From the NCBI GenBank assembly GCA_965178125.1, contig OZ237767.1:496001-560000 (forward strand): DNA of 64,000 nt, in the 5' to 3' direction. The translations under genes were made by a program, and so were the position numbers. Positions 47,301 to 59,800 of the stretch are shown here, one piece after another. How positions within the stretch are numbered: the stretch's first letter is position 1; every line of letters starts with the position of its first letter. The notes under the pieces are model-generated. The model did no database searches, had not been told where the DNA came from, and was given only the letters and a program-made list of their open reading frames with translations. The DNA comes from Bilabrum cf. latius (Eukaryota).

Positions 47301-50108
47301 GGACCCACGGGATCCACCGAGGGCTGGAGCGAGGCGGAGCGCCTGTCCCGCATCCACATCGGAGCGAGGGAGTGCTTCATGCCGGGCGCCCTGCCCGAGG
47401 GAGCCCAGCGGTCCGTGGCCGAGGTGCTGGACGAGTTCACCGGGGACACCACCCAGCGGGCCGTGCTGGAGTGCCATCTGGACGCAGACACCGTCGGATC
47501 CAAGAACATCACTGTGCAGGTGGCCGGCCAGCGCCGCTTCGCAGACATCACCAGGCCCCCGCTGGTGCAGGTGGTGTGTGACCGGGACTACTTCGGTCTG
47601 GAGGGCGAGATGTGCTTGCCCTGTCCTGAGGGCGGCGTATGCGACGGATACGACCAGTTCAACAACACGCACACCATGCCTAGGCCCATGGAGAACTTCT
47701 ACAACCTCAACTCGTCCGACACCGCCAACTTGAACATGCTTGAAGTCTGCCCGCCAGGCCGGCAGGTGGTGGCGCCGAGGCACCCCCTTGACGAAGACGA
47801 GCCCATGATCCACGAGGGTGGGCCCAGGGACGTGTGCATCGTGGCGTGCGAGCCGCAGTGGGCGTGCGTGGGCGACAACTTCTGTGCACGGGGATATGCA
47901 TCCAAGGCACCCATGTACAGGTGCGCCAGCTGCGACACGGGCTTCTACAGGCGCGCGGGCGAGTGCGTCAAGTGCCCCGACAACCCGTGGATCCTCATCG
48001 TGGCGTTCGTGCTGATGGCCATGACGGCCGGGTGCGTGGGCCTGTGGCTAAACCGCAGCAAGATCAACATTGCGCTGATCGCCATCGGCGTTGACTACTT
48101 CCAGGTGCTGGCCATCTTCGCCAACGCCCGCGTGAGCTGGCCCCCCATGCTCAAGGACCTGTTCCACATCCTGTCTGCCTTCAACCTCAACCTTGAGATC
48201 ACGGCCCCCGAGTGCACGGTGCCCGAGCTGGCCTTCCAGACCAAGTGGTACTTCATCGTGCTGCTGCCTCTGGCCGTCATCGCCATGGGCATGGTGGCCT
48301 TCGCTGCCTTCTGGCTGTACGCTCTCTTCACCAACATGCAGAAGGATCCCAAGGGGTAGAGGTACGCTCCTCTGGTGGCTGGCCTGATCGTGCTGCTTTA
48401 CTTCCTGTACCTGCACGAGACCAAGACCATCCTGGACGTGTTCAACTGCGTGCCCACCACACCACCGGACGGACAGAAGTACCTGCAGGCCGTGTTCGAG
48501 CCTTGCGGACAGAAGGGCGGCGTGCAGCTGCAGCTCATGCCCTTCGCCGTAATTGCGCTGATCGTGTACACGTTCGGCTTCCCCGCGTGGGTGGCCTTCA
48601 TGCTGGTGGTCAATAAGGAGACAATCATGCTGGATCAGCTCAGGAGGGCCCAGGGACACGGATACACGTTTGTGTCGTCCGATCCCGAGGCCATCAAGCA
48701 GGCCGCGGCATTCCGCGTCAAGTTCCAGCGTCTGTACTACTACTTCAAGCCTGAGTACTACTGGTGGGTCATGACCATCATCGCGCGCAAGGCCCTCATC
48801 GCCTTCTGCTCGCTCATGTTCAACACCAACGCGTCCTTCCAGATGGCCGCCACGCTGCTGGTCATCTTCCTGTGCTACACGCTGCAGGTCAAGTACAACC
48901 CGTACATGCCCCCCGCCGAGTACCAGGACACGCTCATCGACTGGGCCGGCAAGTCCGTGGACGAGGGTCTCCGCAAGGCCCAGGCGGACCGCAGCTCCTC
49001 AGATGCCATCGACAAGGCCGCCGCCCAGAACTCGGCCAACCGCCGCGACGAGCTGCTGGACACCACCGGCATGGCCAGCACTGGGTCTATGGCGCGAGCC
49101 CAGCAGGGTGGGCTCGCGGGCTGCCTGCAGTCCACGGGCTCTGCCGCCTTCAGCATGTGCGCTCGGTCCCCTGAGCTGTACTACTCGCTGTGGGACACGA
49201 TCCGCTCGCAGGACAAGAGGCAGGAGAAGGCCAACCAGAGGTCGCAGAACAGCCTCAGCAGCACGCGCATCAACGCCGCAGCAGTGGATCCCAAGGACGT
49301 GATGGGCGTGATGGGCAGCAACGTGATGAACTGGAACACCGTGGAGACGGTGCTGCTGTTCTGCGCCATCCTCGTGACGCTGGGCGGCATCATGCTCGAG
49401 TCGGGCCGCTTCGATCAGGAGGGCTACCAGGACCAGCGGGACGCCATCACCATCATCCTCATGCTCATCATCATGTCGTCCATCACGTACTACTTCACGG
49501 TCTTCGGGCTGGAGCTGTACATGCTGGTGACGGCCAAGGACCGCGCTCGTCGGCTGCAGCAGGCCAGCATCAAGAAGGTCAAGGAGGGCAAGACGGCCCG
49601 CAAGACCGAGGTGGACATGTCGAACGCTGAGTACAGCGCCAACCCGCTCATGGACGTCAGCACGGCCGGCAAGGACAGCGGCGCGGACGGCGACTCTGCT
49701 CTCCTGCAGAACATGCGCGGCATGATGGAGCTGGAGAGCCTGGACCGGCACTCGTGGGTGCGCCTCAGGAGCCAGTTCAAGGAGTTCGTGCTGTCGTACG
49801 AGGACATGTCCAAGGAGCACAAGCGGCTTGCCAAGGAAGCCATGCGCTCCGGCGCTTCCGGCGCGTCGCCCATGCTGGGTGCATCCTCGCCGCGCATCGG
49901 GGCCGCCTCTTCACCGAAGTAGGGACTCGGCGCTGCCTTCGCGAACCCGATGGGCATGGCCCGCGGCGGCAAGAAGAAGGAATTCGGCAGGGCTGCCTCC
50001 GGTCGTGGACTTGGAAGCCGCCGGTCCAGCTCCAAGGGCAAGGGCCTGCTACTCAAGTCATCAGCTTCTTTCAGTAAGTCGTCGCTGTCCATGGAGGACG
50101 AGGCTTGA
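38336..50108 (+). CDS. ~3800-aa cell-surface protein, copy A: signal peptide, Tyr-rich region, lectin/LamG-like and sushi-like segments, cadherin repeats, many IPT/TIG repeats, Cys-rich region, multi-pass TM C-terminus; exons 38336-38765, 38864-39277, 39380-39450, 39597-50108
   Basis: Cadherin motifs (VIDVNDPP, VDENSAVGT, ATDPD, LNYEDK), repeated T.GG..I.I.G.NFG IPT units, CLPCPEGGVCDG/CASCDTGFYR and about 9 hydrophobic helices. Pieces are joined across TAG at 39139, 40749, 41418, 42648, 43023, 44229, 48357 and 49920. Ends SMEDEA-TGA. A further upstream exon (donor near 38253) is possible. Confidence 0.88.
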
Positions 50109-50856
50109 GCCTACCACGGCGCCTTCTAGCCGTGAGATTCCATGTGACCAGTTGCGCGAATGCACGTCATCCAGAGTTTGAACTGCAACGCCGTTGGCAA
50201 GTTAAGCTTGCAATGCTAGCTGCACAAAAGCGGCCGCATCTAGCAAGATTTCGCTTCCCACCGCGGCATGCAGATCTGGACGGAGCTCAACCAACAGTGT
50301 TCAAGGGCTACTTAGGGCTATATATTTTGCGTTATCTTGAAGATTAAGTTATGCATATTTTGAACAGTTGATTGCATCTGTGCTGCCTGTCTGCGGACTG
50401 GTCCACCCGGAGTAGCCATCCAGAACAAGTGGTCCCATACAGGCCATTCAATTGGTGCACCCCACCCATTCAGGCCATTAAAAGCATCCTTAATTTTCTT
50501 TCCGCATGACTGACTTTGGCTGGCTATGGTATACGCTGCCAGTGGGGTAGACTAGATAGACACGAAAACGCATCGAGACAAAATTGACAACGCGATATGA
50601 TTCATCTACAAGCAAACATACGATTCTCTCTGAGCCAGTATGGTAATTGACTGGTAATGGCCCGTTAATGCGATGCACTGACATACCAGACCTGCATGCC
50701 GCGGTGGGAAGCGAAGTCTTGCTAGATGCGGCCGCTTTTGAGCGGTTAGCATTGCAAGCTTAACTTGCCAACGGCGTTGCAGTTCAAACTCTGGATGACG
50801 TGCATTCGCACAACTGGTCACATGGAATCTCACGGCTAGAAGGCGCCGTGGTAGGC

Positions 50857-53800
50857 TCAAGCCTCGTCCTCCATGGACAGCGACGACTTACTGAAAGAAG
50901 CTGATGACTTCAGTAGCAGGCCCTTGCCCTTGGAGCTGGACCGGCGGCTTCCAAGTCCACGACCGGAGGCAGCCCTGCCGAATTCCTTCTTCTTGCCGCC
51001 GCGGGCCATGCCCATCGGGTTCGCGAAGGCAGCGCCGAGTCCCTACTTCGGTGAAGAGGCGGCCCCGATGCGCGGCGAGGATGCACCCAGCATGGGCGAC
51101 GCGCCGGAAGCGCCGGAGCGCATGGCTTCCTTGGCAAGCCGCTTGTGCTCCTTGGACATGTCCTCGTACGACAGCACGAACTCCTTGAACTGGCTCCTGA
51201 GGCGCACCCACGAGTGCCGGTCCAGGCTCTCCAGCTCCATCATGCCGCGCATGTTCTGCAGGAGAGCAGAGTCGCCGTCCGCGCCGCTGTCCTTGCCGGC
51301 CGTGCTGACGTCCATGAGCGGGTTGGCGCTGTACTCAGCGTTCGACATGTCCACCTCGGTCTTGCGGGCCGTCTTGCCCTCCTTGACCTTCTTGATGCTG
51401 GCCTGCTGCAGCCGACGAGCGCGGTCCTTGGCCGTCACCAGCATGTACAGCTCCAGCCCGAAGACCGTGAAGTAGTACGTGATGGACGACATGATGATGA
51501 GCATGAGGATGATGGTGATGGCGTCCCGCTGGTCCTGGTAGCCCTCCTGATCGAAGCGGCCCGACTCGAGCATGATGCCGCCCAGCGTCACGAGGATGGC
51601 GCAGAACAGCAGCACCGTCTCCACGGTGTTCCAGTTCATCACGTTGCTGCCCATCACGCCCATCACGTCCTTGGGATCCACTGCTGCGGCGTTGATGCGC
51701 GTGCTGCTGAGGCTGTTCTGCGACCTCTGGTTGGCCTTCTCCTGCCTCTTGTCCTGCGAGCGGATCGTGTCCCACAGCGAGTAGTACAGCTCAGGGGACC
51801 GAGCGCACATGCTGAAGGCGGCAGAGCCCGTGGACTGCAGGCAGCCCGCGAGCCCACCCTGCTGGGCTCGCGCCATAGACCCAGTGCTGGCCATGCCGGT
51901 GGTGTCCAGCAGCTCGTCGCGGCGGTTGGCCGAGTTCTGGGCGGCGGCCTTGTCGATGGCATCTGAGGAGCTGCGGTCCGCCTGGGCCTTGCGGAGACCC
52001 TCGTCCACGGACTTGCCGGCCCAGTCGATGAGCGTGTCCTGGTACTCGGCGGGGGGCATGTACGGGTTGTACTTGACCTGCAGCGTGTAGCACAGGAAGA
52101 TGACCAGCAGCGTGGCGGCCATCTGGAAGGACGCGTTGGTGTTGAACATGAGCGAGCAGAAGGCGATGAGGGCCTTGCGCGCGATGATGGTCATGACCCA
52201 CCAGTAATACTCGGGCTTGAAGTAGTAGTACAGACGCTGGAACTTGACGCGGAATGCTGCGGCCTGCTTGATGGCCTCGGGATCGGACGACACAAACGTG
52301 TATCCGTGTCCCTGGGCCCTCCTGAGCTGATCCAGCATGATGGTCTCCTTATTGACCACCAGCATGAAGGCCACCCACGCGGGGAAGCCGAACGTGTACA
52401 CGATCAGCGCAATTACGGCGAAGGGCATGAGCTGCAGCTGCACGCCGCCCTTCTGTCCGCAAGGCTCGAACACGGCCTGCAGGTACTTCTGTCCGTCCGG
52501 TGGTGTGGTGGGCACGCAGTTGAACACGTCCAGGATGGTCTTGGTCTCGTGCAGGTACAGGAAGTAAAGCAGCACGATCAGGCCAGCCACCAGAGGAGCG
52601 TACCTCTACCCCTTGGGATCCTTCTGCATGTTGGTGAAGAGAGCGTACAGCCAGAAGGCAGCGAAGGCCACCATGCCCATGGCGATGACGGCCAGAGGCA
52701 GCAGCACGATGAAGTACCACTTGGTCTGGAAGGCCAGCTCGGGCACAGTGCACTCGGGGGCCGTGATCTCAAGGTTGAGGTTGAAGGCGGACAGGATGTG
52801 GAACAGGTCCTTGAGCATGGGGGGCCAGCTCACGCGGGCGTTGGCGAAGATGGCCAGCACCTGGAAGTAGTCAACGCCGATGGCGATCAGCGCAATGTTG
52901 ATCTTGCTGCGGTTTAGCCACAGGCCCACGCACCCGGCCGTCATGGCCATCAGCACGAACGCCACGATGAGGATCCATGGGTTGTCGGGGCACTTGACGC
53001 ACTCGCCCGCGCGCCTGTAGAAGCCCGTGTCGCAGCTGGCGCACCTGTACATGGGTGCCTTGGATGCATATCCCCGTGCACAGAAGTTGTCGCCCACGCA
53101 CGCCCACTGCGGCTCGCACGCCACGATGCACACGTCCCTGGGCCCACCCTCGTGGATCATGGGCTCGTCTTCGTCAAGGGGGTGCCTCGGCGCCACCACC
53201 TGCCGGCCTGGCGGGCAGACTTCAAGCATGTTCAAGTTGGCGGTGTCGGACGAGTTGAGGTTGTAGAAGTTCTCCATGGGCCTAGGCATGGTGTGCGTGT
53301 TGTTGAACTGGTCGTATCCGTCGCATACGCCGCCCTCAGGACAGGGCAAGCACATCTCGCCCTCCAGACCGAAGTAGTCCCGGTCACACACCACCTGCAC
53401 CAGCGGGGGCCTGGTGATGTCTGCGAAGCGGCGCTGGCCGGCCACCTGCACAGTGATGTTCTTGGCTCCGACGGTGTCTGCGTCCAGATGGCACTCCAGC
53501 ACGGCCCGCTGGGTGGTGTCCCCGGTGAACTCGTCCAGCACCTCGGCCACGGACCGCTGGGCTCCCTCGGGCAGGGCGCCCGGCATGAAGCACTCCCTCG
53601 CTCCGATGTGGATGCGGGACAGGCGCTCCGCCTCGCTCCAGCCCTCGGTGGATCCCGTGGGTCCGAAATTCCTGCCCTTGATGGTGATGGGGTGCCTGCC
53701 CTCTAGCTCGCGGATCTCCACGGTCTGCGGAGTCACGGACGTGATGAATGGCCTCGAGTAGTTGACCAGTATCACGTTGCTGCGGATCTCCAGCACGTCG

Positions 53801-56800
53801 CCGTCAGTTACTGGGGCAGACGGGTTCTGCTCGAAGTGAGACACCATCACCTCCCGGTTGGTGCCCAGGCCCTCGGGGGTCACGAAGACGATCTCGTTGT
53901 CCTGGTGCCTCACGATGGTGGGCACTCCGCGGGTCCAGCTGGCTCGCGCCGAGCACCCCTCGAGGCCTGTCACTGCCAGCTCCGACTGCGCCACAGCCGA
54001 GTCGGGGCCCAGCTGGGAGGTGCCATCCAGGCCTCGCGCCACGGAGAGGCAGGCACGGTAGAACTGCACCGCCATGCCGGCCGTGGGCAGCACGCCCTGC
54101 GGCAGGCTGCTGGTGCCCATGTCCAGCTCACCATCACCCTCGGGGGTATGCAGGGGCAGCGGCACGCTGCCTGCCTGGAAGGTCTGCGATGCGGACTGCA
54201 GCACCACCGGGCTGGTGATGGGCCCGCGGCCGAAGTTCCTGCCCTTGAGCACAAGCTGCGCCCCTCCCGCCGTGGGGACGTCGTACACGCTGTTGGGCAG
54301 CGCCTCGATCGAGTCAATCTCGGGGTCGTTGTACTGGAACGCCACACCCTCGATGCCTGCCTGCACACCCCTGAGCTTGGGCCCTTGCATGGCACCCTCG
54401 GGCTGCTGTCCGCGCACGCGCAGGGTGATGTCGCGCATGCCCACGCCCGGAGGCATCAGCAGACGCACCCTGTCGTGGGTCCAGCTCAGCACGTGCCCAT
54501 GCCACACCTCGCCCTCGCCGTACACGGTCTCGGACTGGTCGCACACGAGGTTCCGCAGGCGGGTGCCCAGCGGCGCCGCGCCCTCCTCGGCGTCCCTGTT
54601 GGGCCACGCCACAAAGGCGCACGAGGTGTCGTTGTCCCTGGCTCCAAAGTTCTCGCCGTCCAGCTCGACCTCGTAGAAGCCCGCCGCGGGACCCCTGCGC
54701 ACCGTCACCTGCGTGCTGCCGTCCTCGGCCTGCACCACCTCCTGGCTGGCAGTGGCGGCGTACACCGTGGCGCCGGAGATGGAGGGCTTCATGTAGGCGA
54801 AGGCGTCCACCAGCGGCTCCGACTGCACCCCGGCCACGTCGATCACTGCATCCAGGCGAGCGCCGGTGCCTTCAGCCAAGGTGCACTCGATCTCGTCGTA
54901 GGCGGGGCGGTTGGCGGGCGCGGGGATGCGCACGGGGTTGGAGCAGTTGAGCATGCCGGGCGCGCTCGTGTCGGTGATCTCCTGCTCGGTGGCGCGCTCC
55001 TGGGAGAGAGGGCTGTCGCGGCCGATGTGTACGGCCAGCTGAGCTACCACCCCAGTGTCCACCTGAAGCGGGCTGGGCTCGCCGAAGTTGGTGCCGCGCA
55101 CCAGCACGCGCACGCCGCCGCGGGTAGGTCCCCTGGGCAGGCCGTTGAGGGTCACGCTCTGGATGGCGGGGGGCGTGTGGGAGTGCACCATGGGCTGCGA
55201 ATCCTGCCCGCCCACCGTCACGCGGAAAGCAAACGGCATGCCTCCAAGGGCCGGATCCGTGCCGTCGCCCTCGCCCTGGGGCACGCGCAGCTCCAGCATG
55301 GTGTGCGAGCGGCTGCGGCGGGCAGCATCCTGAGTGCGGTGCTGGCACGCGGATGTTTCGTCCTGCCACTGCTCGCCCAGCTCGAACGTGTTGCCGAAGC
55401 CCAGACGCACCTGAGGGCACACCCCGAAGTTGTCACCCACGATCTGCATGATGGCTCCGCGAGTGGGCGTGTACACCACGCCATCGGTAGGGGTGAAGAC
55501 CTCGTCGGGCTGGCCCAGCTGCGCGAGCGACGTGTCGTGCCACACGCGCACCTCGGTGATGGTCGGGGGCGCGTACGAGATGTGCTGCGGGTCCGACACG
55601 ATGGCCTCGTTGTTGCCCGGCGAGTACCGCTTGATGAGCACAGGCACGTTGGATCCGTCGTTCACAAAGTCACCCACGGGACCGGATGGCATGACGCACG
55701 TGATGGTCCACTGGAAGTACCCATCGTCCGCCTCGATGCGGGTGGAGTACTGGCCGTCGGCCGACACCTGCGCGTCCAGGATCTGCGACACGAAGTTGGC
55801 ATCCGACACGGACTGGGTGGTGTCGCTGGGCAGCACGAGCGGGCAGTCCTGCCCGCCCACATCCACCTCTAGACGGTTGGCCTGCCCAATGCGGGCCACC
55901 TTGAGCTCGAGGATCTCTCCGCCCGCCGTGTTGAATGCATTGGCGCCCTGCAGGCCGGCCAGCTGAGGGGACACGTCGTAGTACTGAGCTGCTTGAGACA
56001 CCTGGCTCTTCTCCACGGCGCCGTCGTACGACAGCGACACAAGCGCCACCTTGGCGAACCCGGCATCCACGGGCGTCATCACCTCCACCACAGTATCGGT
56101 CCACGACACCACCTGCACTCTATCTGCCACAGCCGAGAAGTCAGCCGGCGTGGCCGTGGGCGCGATGAGCACGCTGCGGCGGACCTGGTCGTTGAGGTCG
56201 CCCTGCGATGCGCCGAAGTTCCGCCCGTGCACGCGCAGCAGCTTCACGCCTTCCACGCCGGGGAAGAGCGTGAGCTTGTCGTTGGCGTACGGCCCGCTGT
56301 CGTCGATGGGGTCGAGCGACAGGAAGTCGATGCTGGGGTTCTGGTAGGTGAGCACCGTGGGGTTGTTCACCACCACAGACGCGTTGATGGGACCCTCGGT
56401 CACCATGGTGGTGTAGGCCGACATGTCCACGGCGCTGCGCAGGGCCAGCTGGGAGAATCCCGCGGGGGAGTTGACCAGCACGATGGCGCGGTCCCGGCCC
56501 AGGCCTGAGGGCAGGGCGAACTTGATCTTCTGCGTGGCGCTGCGGTCGTACCCCGGGGAGTATGTGGAGCCCGCTGGTGCTGGGACGTACGGCCCCGTGC
56601 CAGACATGGCATCTACAGTGGCGATGCCAGTGGTCAGCGTGCCATCGGCGGTGTGGCCAAAGTCGACCGTCAGCGTGGACCTGCCGTCCGCAAATCCGAA
56701 ATGCTTGCCAGTCACCGTCACCATCTGGGGGCTCTACTCGTCCTGCTCGGCATGCCCGAAGGCGGGTGAGATGGAAATGATCTCGGGGGCGGCGTACGAC

Positions 56801-59800
56801 ACCGTGGCCCGTGACTCGGCTGACTCCTGGTCGGCTACCACCACGACGAAGCTTAGGTCAGCGCCCACACCTGGGGGCACCCGCACCCTGATCCTCGTAT
56901 GGTCCGTCATGATGCGGTACTCGGACTCGCGCAGCACGTACTGGTGGGCCCCGTTGCCGAAGCGCACCTCCTGCAGCAGCTGCTCGTCTCCCGACGGCCC
57001 GAAGTTGCGGCCCACGAGCTCCACGTAGTCTCCGCCCTCGGGGCTTAGCTGCCGATCCTGAGGCATGGCGGGCATGGGGTCCACCGACATGGCATCGCCA
57101 GCCACTGTGGCGGCAAACAGCCCATCTCCATTGAAGCGCTCGATCGAGTCGATTACGGGCAGAGCATAGGCAGTCACCGGGTCTCGGGAAGTCAGCCCGT
57201 CCACCACCACGGTCCACTTGAGGTCGGCACCACCACCCACGGCCAGCTCGCATCGGATGCGCTTGTGATCCACCACCATGCTGCAGCTGCTGCCATCCAC
57301 GGCAAACGTCCTGATCTCGGGATCCAGGGCATTCCCGCTCTCGTCGAAACGGGCCATGACCAGCCTGTACGAGATGGCCACCTTGGCGTCCATCACCGGG
57401 CCAAAGTTGTCGCCGTAGATCTCGATCTCGTCACCGCCCTGCGTGCGTCCTTGCCGCACCGCGTCGATCATATCGGTATCGGCCACATCGTCGAAGCCCG
57501 CGATGGTGGGGGCAGAGTAGCTCGAGTTTGCCTCGAAGATTGCCTCGGTCATCTGCCCGCCCACGCGCAGAGCCCAAGAGTAGCCCGCACCGCGGCCCGG
57601 GATGAGCCGGCAGTTGACGCGGCTGACACCATGCCTGGCCGGGTCACGCACCACCTCGCACGCCCCCGTGGCCTCGTCCTGGTCCATCTCGTACAGGTCG
57701 CTGCCCGCCGGGAAATCGCTCTCCAGCCCGAACTGCACCACCTCGATGGCGTTCATGGCCACAGGTCCGAAGTGCGCGCCGTCAATCTCCACCAGATCGC
57801 CCCCGGATGTGGAGGCGTCCTTTGCACCAGGCCCGAACACGCGAGTGATGACGGGCGATAGGTAGCTCAACTTCTGGGACGAGGGGCTGCTCTCGAGAGT
57901 GATCGATTCCGTGGCATCGCCTGGCATGACGGCCTTGACCTAGTGGTCCCGGCCCACTCCCGCGCCCGTGGTGCACGTCAAGGTCGTGTGCGCAGTGGCC
58001 ACGTCCTTGGTGCAAACCACGCCATCGCTCACGTACTCGTGGTCGGCAGTGGATCCGATGCCGGGGATGGTGCTGGGCCTGGTGCCGTACGTGACCTTGG
58101 GCAGCAGCGCCCTTCCGTTGATGTCCACCAGAGGACCGAAGTTGCTGCCCGTGATCACGATCGTTTGCCCTCCCGCCGAATCCAGCATGTCCAGGCTGTG
58201 CGAGGCACCAGCAGGCACGCCCACGGACTGGATGTCGGGGGCGCCGTATTCGATCTGGTCCGCTGCTGGCACCTGGCTCACCTGCCCCGCCACTCGCACG
58301 AAGAGGCTCAGCTTCTAACCGTACCCCTCCCCAGTCCGGACCTGCAGCTCGTCGTACTCTACGCCCGAGGCCTGCACGGTACCCACGAAGGGGAGGTCAT
58401 CAAAGTCAGCCTCGTTGAAGGGCTCCGGCACATCGGCCTCGAAGCCGTACCTGACCTGCACCAGGTTCAGGTCGATGTCCTCGAAGCCCAGGTTGGTGCC
58501 GGTCAGGACGATCGTCTCGCCGCCCGCAGTGCTCATGGGCCGGGTCTCGGTCAAATGGTTGGGCCCCGCGATGGATGTCACTTTAGGCTCGGCATAGCTG
58601 GTGGACAGGATGGCGCTGGCTGCCACCTGGTCCCCGCGCATGACCACCTTCCAGCGGAAGTTCTTACCCGCCCCCGGAGGCACAGTGCACACGAGGTAGT
58701 CCTCGTCGTTGCCCTCGCTGTCCAAGCTGCCCGACTTCTTGATCTCGCACGTGGCGGTGTAGCTCAGCATGGGCTCCTCGACCTGCGCGTACGTCACCTC
58801 GAGCGGGGCTCCCGCCACGAGGTTAAGGGCCTGGATCTTGACTCCCTGCACATGCGAACCAGACGTGCCGCGGGTCAGCATGCCCTCGATGACGTCCACT
58901 TCATCACGGACTGTGTCGTCGCACGCCCCGTCGCACACCTGGATGCCGGTCAGGGCGGGGGTCTGCGCGAGGTCCCTGGCGCTTAGGTCCGACATGATGA
59001 TGAGCGTCTGCTTGCCCTGGCGCCGGGCCGTCCCGTCGTCCGCCTCCAGCTCGATCTCGTACACTGCGCGCACCAGCTCCCCGTCGTACTCGAACGGGTA
59101 CATGGGGTCGCCCTCCTGAGGGGCCACGTCGTACGTCAGATCCACCGTGAACTGCATCTGCTTGCGGTTGCCATCGTTGGGATCAGCCGTATCACGAAGC
59201 TCCACGATTTCGTAATCGGCAGCCAGGGCTGTGCGTGTGGTGGAACTGTCCGTGAGGTAGTTGCCATCCACGCTGGGGCTGAGTCTGGACACCGACACGA
59301 TGCGGTAGGTGATGTCGTCTCCGTCCTCGTCCTCCGATTGGAGTATCGTGATAACTGAGCCCGTGGTGGCGTTGAGCTCCTCCACCGTGTAGCTCAGCTC
59401 GAGCACCTCTGGGGGGTCGTTCACGTCACGCAGCGTCACGTTGACCTGCCTCCCATCGTCGGCTCCGTCGGGGTCTGCCACGGTCACGAAGAGCAGGTGC
59501 TCCTTCTTGTCCTCGTAGTTGAGGCCCTCTTTAGCCACCGACAGCTGGCCCGTAGTCTCGCCGATCGTGAAGAAGCCGTCGTCGTTGCCGGCCAGAATGG
59601 CCCATTCGAAGTCCGTCGTGGCATCAGGGTCCGTGGCGGTGAATGGCCCGGGCAGCACGTTGGTGCCCACGGCCGAGTTCTCATCCACGCTCACCTGGAT
59701 GGGGTCGGCCTGGTCCATGACGGGCGGGTCGTTCACGTCAATAACATTGATGGTCACCTGCACCTCAGAAGCAGCCCGGTCATCGCCATCCGTCTTGCCA

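Noticed and set aside
40749-49922. Tiny in-frame introns removing each TAG, or TAG acting as a splice acceptor
   Set aside because: There are no consistent GT donors or pyrimidine-rich tracts near the TAGs, and the TAG/CAG site sits inside an uninterrupted cadherin motif. U-to-C mRNA editing cannot be excluded without RNA data but is less parsimonious.
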